Source of the DNA: Sphingobium sp. SCG-1 | GTDB taxonomy: Bacteria > Pseudomonadota > Alphaproteobacteria > Sphingomonadales > Sphingomonadaceae | DNA: 32,000 nt | Direction: 5' to 3' | Assembly (NCBI RefSeq): GCF_002953135.1 | Contig: NZ_CP026372.1 | Coordinates: forward strand, 3,086,669-3,118,668 | Shown: one piece after another, positions 9,021 to 16,139 of the stretch | Position numbering within the stretch: the stretch's first letter is position 1 | How the letters are laid out: the number at the start of each line of letters is the position of its first letter | The notes under the pieces: model-generated | The model's database searches: none | Told to the model about the DNA's origin: nothing | Seen by the model: only the letters and a program-made list of their open reading frames with translations | Made by a program: the position numbers and the translations under genes

Positions 9021-9080
9021 ATTTCTCGTCCGCTCGGCAAAGCACCTCGATTTCGCAGAACCTGAACGGTACAAGCACCA

Positions 9081-9566
9081 ATGACGCCCCATCCCAACTA
9101 CATCACGCCGCAAGGCTACGCCGCCCTGCGCGCCGAATACGACCAGCTTCTCGGCGTCGAACGCCCCCGCATCGTCGAAGTCGTAAGCTGGGCGGCGGGC
9201 AACGGCGACCGCTCCGAAAACGGCGACTATCTCTACGGCCGCAAGCGCATGCGGGAGATCGACGGACAACTGCGCCGCTTGTCCAAGAAGATGAAGGACG
9301 CCAAGGTCATCGATCCGTCGCAACAGCCCGACAAGAGCCGCGTCTATTTCGGCGCGACCGTCACGATCGCCGACGAAGACGACAACCACCGCACCGTTAC
9401 CATCATCGGCAATGACGAAACCGACACCGATCAGGGCCGCATCGGCTGGGGCGCACCCCTCGCCCGCGCGCTCCGCTCCGCCGCCGTCGGCGACGTCCGC
9501 AAGGTCATGCTCCCCGCTGGCGAGAAGGAATATGAAGTCCTGGCGATCAGCTACCCCGAAGCTTAA
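9081..9566 (+). CDS. greB: transcription elongation factor GreB
   Basis: 161 aa: YITPQGYAALRAEYDQLLGVERPRIVEVVSWAAGNGDRSENGDYLYGRKRMREIDGQLRRL...FGATVTI...IIGNDETD...I(G)W.APLARAL. The GreB-type pattern (WAA..GDRSENGDY) fits better than GreA. Confidence 0.88.
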   Translation: MTPHPNYITPQGYAALRAEYDQLLGVERPRIVEVVSWAAGNGDRSENGDYLYGRKRMREIDGQLRRLSKKMKDAKVIDPSQQPDKSRVYFGATVTIADEDDNHRTVTIIGNDETDTDQGRIGWGAPLARALRSAAVGDVRKVMLPAGEKEYEVLAISYPEA

Positions 9567-10354
9567 CTCATCTTCTTGGGCTTATACCCAAACGCTTGCC
9601 TGGCGAGCGCCACCACAGCCGGATCGACCTCGGGCATATCCATCGGCACCAGCTTCTCCAGCGTATCCGCGACATAGGTCAGCGCCGCGATCCTCCCGGC
9701 CTTGCGGCTGTTATTGTCGACTACCTTCCACGGCGCATGCTCGGTATCAGTCTTCTTGAACATGTCGTGCATGGCCGCGAGATACTCCGCCCGCTTGTTC
9801 CGGTTGCGGTAATCGTCCTCGCCCGTCTTCCATCGCTTCCACGGCGTATCCAGCCGCTCGGCAAGCTGCTTGTCCTGCGTTTCCTGCGTGATGTGGATGA
9901 ACAGCTTGACGATGTTCGTGCCCGAATTGACCTGCTGCGCCTCGAAATCGTTGATCTCGCCAAAGGACCGCTTCCACTCCGCCTTGCTGCAGAAACCCTC
10001 GACTCGCTCGACCAGCACGCGGCCGTACCAACTGCGGTCGAAGATCGCGATGTTGCGGCTGGCGGGGAGCCGGTTCCAGAAGTGCCACAGATAATGGTGG
10101 TCGCGCTCTTCCTCGGTCGGTGCGGAGATCGGCCAGACGTGGAAGTATCGCGGGTCCCACTCCGCCGCCATCCGCTGGATGATGCCGCCCTTACCCGCCG
10201 CGTCCCATCCCTCGAACAGAATGACGCTCCGCTTGCCGTGGACGATATGCGCCACCTGCACCTTGGCCAAGCGCTCCTGAAGCGCGGCAAGTTCGGTTTC
10301 ATAGTCGCCCGTGAACTTGGCGCCGGTCTCATAGTCGTCGAGCTTTATGGTCAT
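9563..10354 (-). CDS. polyphosphate kinase 2 (PPK2) family protein
   Basis: 263 aa with Walker A FEGWDAAGKGG and a PPK2 core (...IFDRSWYGRVLVERVEGF...W...RY..I..FE...). ATG verified at 10354. Confidence 0.9.
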   Translation of the reverse strand: MTIKLDDYETGAKFTGDYETELAALQERLAKVQVAHIVHGKRSVILFEGWDAAGKGGIIQRMAAEWDPRYFHVWPISAPTEEERDHHYLWHFWNRLPASRNIAIFDRSWYGRVLVERVEGFCSKAEWKRSFGEINDFEAQQVNSGTNIVKLFIHITQETQDKQLAERLDTPWKRWKTGEDDYRNRNKRAEYLAAMHDMFKKTDTEHAPWKVVDNNSRKAGRIAALTYVADTLEKLVPMDMPEVDPAVVALARQAFGYKPKKMS

Positions 10355-10424
10355 GACGAGAGCCTACATCATTCGCCGCCCCGCGAGTAGGGCATCATCC
10401 ATACAGTGAAGGTGAGGCTCGATT

Positions 10425-10625
10425 TCAGCCGTCGATCGCCTTGCGCACCCGGTCGCGGACGGCGGTGATGCGCGCGGCGGCTTCCGAAAAGGTGATGACA
10501 TCCGCCCGGTTGCCGTTGGCCCGTGCGTCCTTCGCCGAGTCATTATATCCCTCAAGGTCCGTCTCAAGCGCGTCGACCAGGATTTCGGCTTCGTCTTCGG
10601 TAAAGGTCAGGGTGATGTTCTTCAT
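10425..10625 (-). CDS. small acidic hypothetical protein (66 aa)
   Basis: ATG at 10625 preceded by AGGAG at 9-nt spacing. MKNITLTFTEDEAEILVDALETDLEGYNDSAKDARANGNRADVITFSEAAARITAVRDRVRKAIDG. Helical and non-repetitive, and co-directional between phoD and PPK2. Confidence 0.55.
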   Translation of the reverse strand: MKNITLTFTEDEAEILVDALETDLEGYNDSAKDARANGNRADVITFSEAAARITAVRDRVRKAIDG

Positions 10626-10725
10626 GGGATCGGTCTCCTTTGCAGGGGCACTTATGACGCCGACTTAACAAGCGCAACCCGAATGCGGTTTCGTTGAAGA
10701 CCGGTTTTTACCGTCAACTTCACGC

Positions 10726-12291
10726 TCAGCTTGCGATGTTGAGCGCGGGTCGCCCGTGCTCCACGGTGATCGTCGCCGCGGTAGAGATCGGCGCGCCGGG
10801 CTGGGTTATCATCGGCACCGTCCGGCACTGCGTCTGCCAATCGGCGGGCGTCACGTCGCACATCAAATAGCCGCGCCGGTCGCCCGAATATTTGAGGAAC
10901 GGATTGCGCGCCTTCACTCGCTCCGCCCCCGCTCGCTTGTCCGCGCCATCGCCGCCGGAGGTGATCGACGTCGCGACGAACTCCACTGCAACAGCATCAC
11001 CCTCCCCCTTCCCGCGCCGCAATTCCCCCGCGAAATTCTGATGCTCGTCCCCGGTCAGCACCACCACATTGCCTAGCCCCGCAAACCGCGAGAGCAACCG
11101 TTCGCGCGGAGCATCATAGCCGCCCCAGCTATCCATGTTGCGCGTCTCCACCGGTTGCTCCCCCAACCGCCGGTCGAGCGGCATCATCATCACCTGTTGC
11201 GCGATGGCGTTCCACCGCCCCGCCTTCTGCCGCAGGTTCCCGTCCAGCCACGCCTCCTGCGCCGCGCCCAGCACCTGCGCCTTTACGTCCCCCACCCCCG
11301 CGCAGACGGCCACAAACCCGTCCCCGCACGGCTGGTCGCTGCGGAACTGCCGCGTGTCCAGGAAATGCAGGTCGAGCAGATTGCCGTACAGCGCCCGCCG
11401 ATACACCTGCATGCCGCTAGCGCCCGGAAACGCCGATTTGCGCAGCGGCATATGTTCGTAAAACGCCTGAAACGCCGCCGCCCGGCGCAGCGCGAACACC
11501 TCGGGCGGCACCTTGTACTTGCTGTCGAGGCCGACCCAGTTGTCCTCCACCTCATGATCGTCCGGCGTCACGAACCACGCGGCGGCGGCATGCGCGTCCT
11601 GCAAATCGGTGTCGAGCTTCGTCTGCGTGTAGCGGCGGCGATAATCGTCCAACGTGAAGGTCGCTTGCCCCCAATGCCGACGCACGAAATGACGCTCGCT
11701 GCCGTCATAGTCGTACTTCATCCCATTGCCGCGATCTTCGTAAATATAATCGCCATAGTGGAACACGAACGCCGCGTCCTCGTCCGCCAGATGCCGGAAG
11801 GCCGTATAATAGCCCTCCTGATAATGCTGGCAGCCCGCCACCGCAAAGCGCACCCGGTCGACCGCCGCGCCCGGCAGAGGCAGCGTCATCGCCTGGCCCC
11901 GCATCGATTTCTCCGCGCCCACCCGAAAGCGATACCAGTATGGCCGCGCGGGTTTCAGGCCCGCCACTTCGACATGGACGCTGTGCGCCAGTTCGGGTCG
12001 CGCCAGTTCCGTGCCCTTCGCCACGATATCGCGCATCGCCATGTCGGAGGCGACTTCCCAGTCCACCGCGACCGGCGCCATCGGCATGCCGCCATGCGCG
12101 TCCATCGGATCGGGGCACAGCCGCGTCCAGATCACGAAGCCATCCGCCACCGGATCGCCCGCCGCCACGCCCAGCGAAAAGGGATCGGCCACAAACAACT
12201 GCTGCGCGCGCAGGATAGCCGGCGCCGCCAGCAGCCCCGACCCTGCGGCCAGCGTTCCCAGAAGCGATCGGCGCGTAAAGCGATGAGTCAT
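10726..12291 (-). CDS. phoD: alkaline phosphatase D (PhoD) family, Tat-exported
   Basis: 521 aa with twin-arginine signal MTHRFTRRSLLGTLAAGSGLLAAPAILRA. PhoD-like metallophosphatase motifs are present: FVFHYGDYIYE, TPDDHEVEDNW, VVLTGDEHQN. Confidence 0.9.
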   Translation of the reverse strand: MTHRFTRRSLLGTLAAGSGLLAAPAILRAQQLFVADPFSLGVAAGDPVADGFVIWTRLCPDPMDAHGGMPMAPVAVDWEVASDMAMRDIVAKGTELARPELAHSVHVEVAGLKPARPYWYRFRVGAEKSMRGQAMTLPLPGAAVDRVRFAVAGCQHYQEGYYTAFRHLADEDAAFVFHYGDYIYEDRGNGMKYDYDGSERHFVRRHWGQATFTLDDYRRRYTQTKLDTDLQDAHAAAAWFVTPDDHEVEDNWVGLDSKYKVPPEVFALRRAAAFQAFYEHMPLRKSAFPGASGMQVYRRALYGNLLDLHFLDTRQFRSDQPCGDGFVAVCAGVGDVKAQVLGAAQEAWLDGNLRQKAGRWNAIAQQVMMMPLDRRLGEQPVETRNMDSWGGYDAPRERLLSRFAGLGNVVVLTGDEHQNFAGELRRGKGEGDAVAVEFVATSITSGGDGADKRAGAERVKARNPFLKYSGDRRGYLMCDVTPADWQTQCRTVPMITQPGAPISTAATITVEHGRPALNIAS

Positions 12292-12496
12292 GGTCCGTCC
12301 CGACAGGCGATCAAAGCACGCCCCCCAACCCCCTAGCGCGCCTTTACGACACTATGGCGAAAGGGTGCGGGGTGTCGAGGGGGGACGACTGGCCGGGAGC
12401 GGACCGGCAGGCTCCATTTTTATGTGAGAGGAACGGTCGCTCAACTAACCAAAGCTCCTCATGCTCGAGGCAATTGCCGCCTATTCTAAGTCCTAG

Positions 12497-13090
12497 TCAT
12501 GACATCAGGCGAAACCATGAGCGGACTGCCAAATTAAGGCGGTCTTGCTCAAGCTCGTCGGTAGGATTGCAGTGTGCGATAGGCCCACGAAGCAGGTTTA
12601 GCTGATTCGAGACGTTACTGACAGCAGACTTGGAATTAAAGACGGGTTCGAACAACTCCCAATTGTCCGTTATGATCTGCGATAGCTCGCCAAAGGTAGT
12701 ATAATCTATCAGATCGTCCGATCGCGGCGTAATGCCGCTGTCGACCTCCTTCCTATGACGAGGCGAGACTTGATCACGGATGCGTTTCTCGTCGACGCGA
12801 TCGCTTTGCCACCAGTCCGCTCCTTCCGCCTCGAACATGATGTCCGACACAAGGCGCCTGATAGAGTTTTCAAGACAATAGAAGATCTCGTAAAATTCTG
12901 ACATGCGAGATGCTTCTGAGCGAAGCGCGGCTTCGAACTGTTCGTACTCGGCGGCCTTTCGGCCTTTCGCACGGCGCGGCTCCCATCCTAAATCCACCCC
13001 GAACGCTTGCTCGATCCGCGACATGTCCGAGGCGATCTGAAGACCGCTCATCCCAAACGCGCGAATCAGACCGTCAGGACGACTAGGCAT
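12497..13090 (-). CDS. Swt1-like HEPN domain protein (predicted RNase, R-x4-H)
   Basis: 197 aa: ...EFYEIFYCLENSIRRLVSDIMFEAEGADWWQSDRV...IDYTTFGELSQIITDNWELFEPVF...VSNQLNLLRGPIAHCNP.... The R168-GPIA-H173 dyad is encoded at 12572-12589 (codons checked on the sequence). The ATG at 13090 overlaps the upstream gene's stop. GC is about 43-48 % in hand-counted 60-nt lines. Confidence 0.8.
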   Translation of the reverse strand: MPSRPDGLIRAFGMSGLQIASDMSRIEQAFGVDLGWEPRRAKGRKAAEYEQFEAALRSEASRMSEFYEIFYCLENSIRRLVSDIMFEAEGADWWQSDRVDEKRIRDQVSPRHRKEVDSGITPRSDDLIDYTTFGELSQIITDNWELFEPVFNSKSAVSNVSNQLNLLRGPIAHCNPTDELEQDRLNLAVRSWFRLMS

Positions 13091-13721
13091 CGGAGGGTCT
13101 CAACAGGTGCTCCTTCAGGCTCTTGAAGATCGCATTGAATACCTCCGGGTCCGAGGTCGCCGGAAGATTCAAGTTTATTGTATAACCGAGGTTCAACCCG
13201 AACGACTGTGGTGAGATTGGAGTCTCGGCAGAAGGCTGCGTGGGCTTGTCATAGACTGGTATTGGCGCTGGCCCTGAAGGTGCCGGTTCGATTAACGGCG
13301 AGAAGTTCGCGAAGGTCTTCAGGTGCTTGATGCAAGCGCAGACCATCTTGACGGGACCCGCGTCGTGCGCTTGACCTGTTTCTTCCGTCACCAGACCTAA
13401 AAGAGCGTCGTCTGAGAGTTCGTGCATGAACTCGTTGCGAAGATACAAAGGTGCGTAGGCGATGCGAATTGACGCAGCGACCGCCGCTCCGGACTGAGCG
13501 GGATTTCGAAATTTCTTGTATATCTCACTGGGCGAGCCGTCCGCACTCGTAAATCCGATTTTCTTTAGGAACGAGGTCATCTGGTCGCCAGATCCTCCAG
13601 GAACCTTCAAGATCGTTTTCACAAAATCCTGGCTTACTTTTTCCGGCACTGCGGCTTGCTTGATCCCGATCAGCGCGCGGTCAATGTTGCCAGGGGAGGT
13701 TACGTAGGGAAGGGTTGCCAT
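13083..13721 (-). CDS. DUF5343-type protein (unknown function), upstream partner of the HEPN gene
   Basis: 212 aa: MATLPYVTSPGNIDRALIGIKQAAVPEKVSQDFVKTILKVPGGSGDQMTSFLKKIGFTSADGSPSEIYKKFRN.... This matches my recollection of the DUF5343 N-terminal pattern. A Pro/Ser-rich linker follows, then the conserved-looking tail LNLGYTINLNLPATSDPEVFNAIFKSLKEHLL. ATG verified at 13721. Confidence 0.72.
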   Translation of the reverse strand: MATLPYVTSPGNIDRALIGIKQAAVPEKVSQDFVKTILKVPGGSGDQMTSFLKKIGFTSADGSPSEIYKKFRNPAQSGAAVAASIRIAYAPLYLRNEFMHELSDDALLGLVTEETGQAHDAGPVKMVCACIKHLKTFANFSPLIEPAPSGPAPIPVYDKPTQPSAETPISPQSFGLNLGYTINLNLPATSDPEVFNAIFKSLKEHLLRPSDA

Positions 13722-14388
13722 CTAAAGTCCAAATTATTGTTCATGAGCAGCAACGACAAAACGTACAAGGATTGCAAGAAAATTGTTTCGGTCCGAACAC
13801 GATGCGAGCGCTTGGCCGCCTTTTACTCGGTATCTGGCGCAGCGCTTCTCAAGCGAAGGACAGCTTACGAGACCGCGACGGCACGTGGTGATCGGTCGGC
13901 AACGGCCCAAATCCTCCTGTCCTACACCCCACCCCCTGCGCTACACCCTCGCGCGTGTCTCAGGCTGAAAGCCCTGCACGCAGTCCGCGCCAAGTCCCTT
14001 GTCGATGCTGCCGCACCAATGCGGCCGGATCGCACAGCCAGATGGTTCCCGGCTGCACCTGTGCATTGGCGAATTCATGCCCCAAGGCATTGCGGGCCGC
14101 AGCGCCCCTTGAAGCGCTGCGACACTATCCTTGGGCGGGGACGCTCTGGCTGGCCTCAAGACTATGGGAAACAAGGGAGCGCGCGGCATGGAAAATTCGG
14201 TTTCGTTTCACGCGCCCCACGCTGCCACGCAATGCGCAGGACAGCGCTGCATGACGCTCGCGGGCGCGCGGACCCTCTCCGCCGCAAGGGCCGCCGGGGA
14301 GCCACTGGGGGTGACGTAGCGTGACTTTCGTGACCTTCCAGACATAATCGGGCCTCCGGGCCGGGCGCCCGCCGCGCCGCGATCCGCC

Positions 14389-15576
14389 TTATCGCTGCTT
14401 CGCCGTCCGCTTGCCCGACGCCGCCCTGACTGCCCCAGCCCTGCCCGGCGCAGCCTTCCGCTTCGGCCTGGCCATCACCGACGCCACTACATTCTTCCGC
14501 AATTCCGCATCCGCCAGATATTGCGCATTCTCCAGGCGGATCGCGGCGGCGGCTTCATCGTAGAGGAAGGGCAGGATGCAATAGCGTGATCCCCGCGTGA
14601 CCGGCGTCGCCTCGTGCAGCAGGGAGCAGGAGAAAACCACCGCCCCGCCGGTCGGCGGGCGATAGGTCCGCATCCCGAACTCGGGGAAGCGCAGGTCGCC
14701 GCCGTCATAGTCCCCGGCGTTGAGGTTGATCGACACGGCAAAGCGGCGATGCGCGGTGCCCAGCGTCGTATTGTCCTTGTGCGGGCGGAAGTAGCCGCCG
14801 CTGTCCGCATCGTACCGCGCGATCAGATAACGCTCCATCCGCGTCACCTGAAACTGGAACGCGCGCTGGATCTGCGGCACCAGCCGCCGCATGATCCGCG
14901 CCTGCAACGCGTTGCGCAACGCGTCGTCCTCGATCAGGCAGTCGCTGCGCCGCTTGTGGCTGTGGTCGACGACCATGATCGTGTTGCCGCTCGCCGGGTC
15001 GGTCTTCATATAGCCGCTGTCCTGCGGCCCGCTCGCCTCGCAATAGGCGATATAATCGCGGCACAGCTCCGGCTCCAGCAGGTTGGGGATCTGGAGCACG
15101 GGGGCCGCGCTCTGCATGTCCTGCGCGGGATTAGCCAGGGGGGCGAGTTCCGCGCAGAGCCGGGCATGGTGCGTCGCCGGGTCTTCGATGGGCAGGACGG
15201 CCAGCACGCGAAGCGCCGGATCGAGTATCCAGCTCGTGAGCGACAACCGCTGCCCGTCTTCCCCAAGGCACCCGAACGTCCGGGCCAGCGCGCCATCATG
15301 GTCCCAGAATATGCGGATGCCGGGATAGCGATCGACAAGGCGCTTGTCCGCCTCGTCCTGCGGATCGCTGGAGACCAGGAAGATGCTGGCGAAGCTGTCG
15401 TCGAACGGCCCCGCCGCGCTGTAAAGCTGTTGCAGGAAAGCGTCGACGCCCGGCACGCGCGAACTGGCGATGAAGCTGACGACGACGTACCGCCCCGCGA
15501 CGCTATCGAACGCATAGCGCGGATTGCCGATGCCGCGGGCATAGAGAGTGGGAACGGGATCGCCGGGTGCAAACAT
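14389..15576 (-). CDS. fusion protein: Cys-less peroxiredoxin/redoxin-like N-domain + 2OG-Fe(II) oxygenase (prolyl-hydroxylase-like) C-domain + basic tail
   Basis: ORF 14389..15681 (GTG) trimmed to the ATG at 15576 (MFAPGDPVPTLYARG...). The N-domain (GRYVVVSFIASSRVPG...IFLVSSDPQDE...IFWDHDGALARTFG) is AhpC/TSA-like without the peroxidatic Cys. The C-domain has RPHKDNT (H-x-D), SLLHEATPV (distal His) and TRGSRY (2OG Arg). The tail is ARPKRKAAPGRAGAVRAASGKRTAKQR. Confidence 0.82.
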   Translation of the reverse strand: MFAPGDPVPTLYARGIGNPRYAFDSVAGRYVVVSFIASSRVPGVDAFLQQLYSAAGPFDDSFASIFLVSSDPQDEADKRLVDRYPGIRIFWDHDGALARTFGCLGEDGQRLSLTSWILDPALRVLAVLPIEDPATHHARLCAELAPLANPAQDMQSAAPVLQIPNLLEPELCRDYIAYCEASGPQDSGYMKTDPASGNTIMVVDHSHKRRSDCLIEDDALRNALQARIMRRLVPQIQRAFQFQVTRMERYLIARYDADSGGYFRPHKDNTTLGTAHRRFAVSINLNAGDYDGGDLRFPEFGMRTYRPPTGGAVVFSCSLLHEATPVTRGSRYCILPFLYDEAAAAIRLENAQYLADAELRKNVVASVMARPKRKAAPGRAGAVRAASGKRTAKQR

Positions 15577-15737
15577 GGCCCACTCTATCGCTGACTCGTG
15601 TTTAATAACAGGTTGCGGCGTCTGTCGCCGAGCAACGCCACAGACATATTTTCTTACAATCGCGCGGAGGTTGCGCAACACCAGCTTCCTATTTCCTGAC
15701 AGTCGCCGCGCCGCGCGGCTTTGTTCAGGAGACGATT

Positions 15738-15992
15738 ATGTCTATTCGCTTGCCCCTTCTTTGCGCCATCGCCATCGCGGCAGTCCCGGTCTCCGTATCG
15801 GCAAAAGGCCCCGCCGATACCCGCATCCGCCCCGCCGTCACCGAAGCGCAGAAGAACCCTTCCGCCGAGCGCCACTCGCGGACAATCAAGTGCCACCATG
15901 AGTCGAGCAAAGCGACGACCTGCCACGGATATAACCACATGGCGGAACAGCGCCGTCTGGCCGCAGCGGGACAACTCGCCTCCAGCCGGTGA
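15738..15992 (+). CDS. small secreted hypothetical protein (84 aa, signal peptide)
   Basis: ATG at 15738 with AGGAG at 15727-15731 (6-nt spacer). MSIRLPLLCAIAIAAVPVSVSAKG... is a signal peptide. The mature part contains KCHHESSKATTCHGYNH. Confidence 0.5.
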   Translation: MSIRLPLLCAIAIAAVPVSVSAKGPADTRIRPAVTEAQKNPSAERHSRTIKCHHESSKATTCHGYNHMAEQRRLAAAGQLASSR

Positions 15993-16139
15993 TGCCGCTC
16001 GAATGGAGAGCCGCCGCTGAACGCGGTCGGCTCCCCGTCCCGAAGATTGTTATAATGTTGTGACTTGACGAAAGGATCGAAAAGCAGGAACCCGTTGGTA
16101 TCAGGCGCATCCGCGCTCATCCATTCCGAGGATACCTCC

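Noticed and set aside
7708-9081. 457-aa minus-strand ORF opposite the lytic transglycosylase
   Set aside because: It is antisense to a gene with a clear signal peptide and SLT catalytic motif. It is Gly/Ala/Arg-rich junk, and its C-terminal PFDFAQGER stretch merely reads through the REP-like element.
11155-12336. 393-aa plus-strand ORF opposite phoD
   Set aside because: It is antisense to the Tat-signal-bearing PhoD frame. It has an extreme Arg/His/Pro composition and no motifs.
12396-12421. ggagc-N10-gctcc hairpin followed by TTTTT on the plus strand, between phoD and the HEPN gene
   Set aside because: The stem is only 5 bp with a 10-nt loop. No plus-strand gene ends upstream of it, and on the minus strand, where the HEPN operon would need a terminator, the T-run is on the wrong side.
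13656-14324. 222-aa plus-strand ORF in the gene-poor region right of the HEPN insert
   Set aside because: It starts inside the DUF5343 gene on the opposite strand. The translation is Arg/Ala/Pro-rich with no motif or SD, so it is likely a chance open frame in GC-rich DNA. The region is reported as a finding instead.
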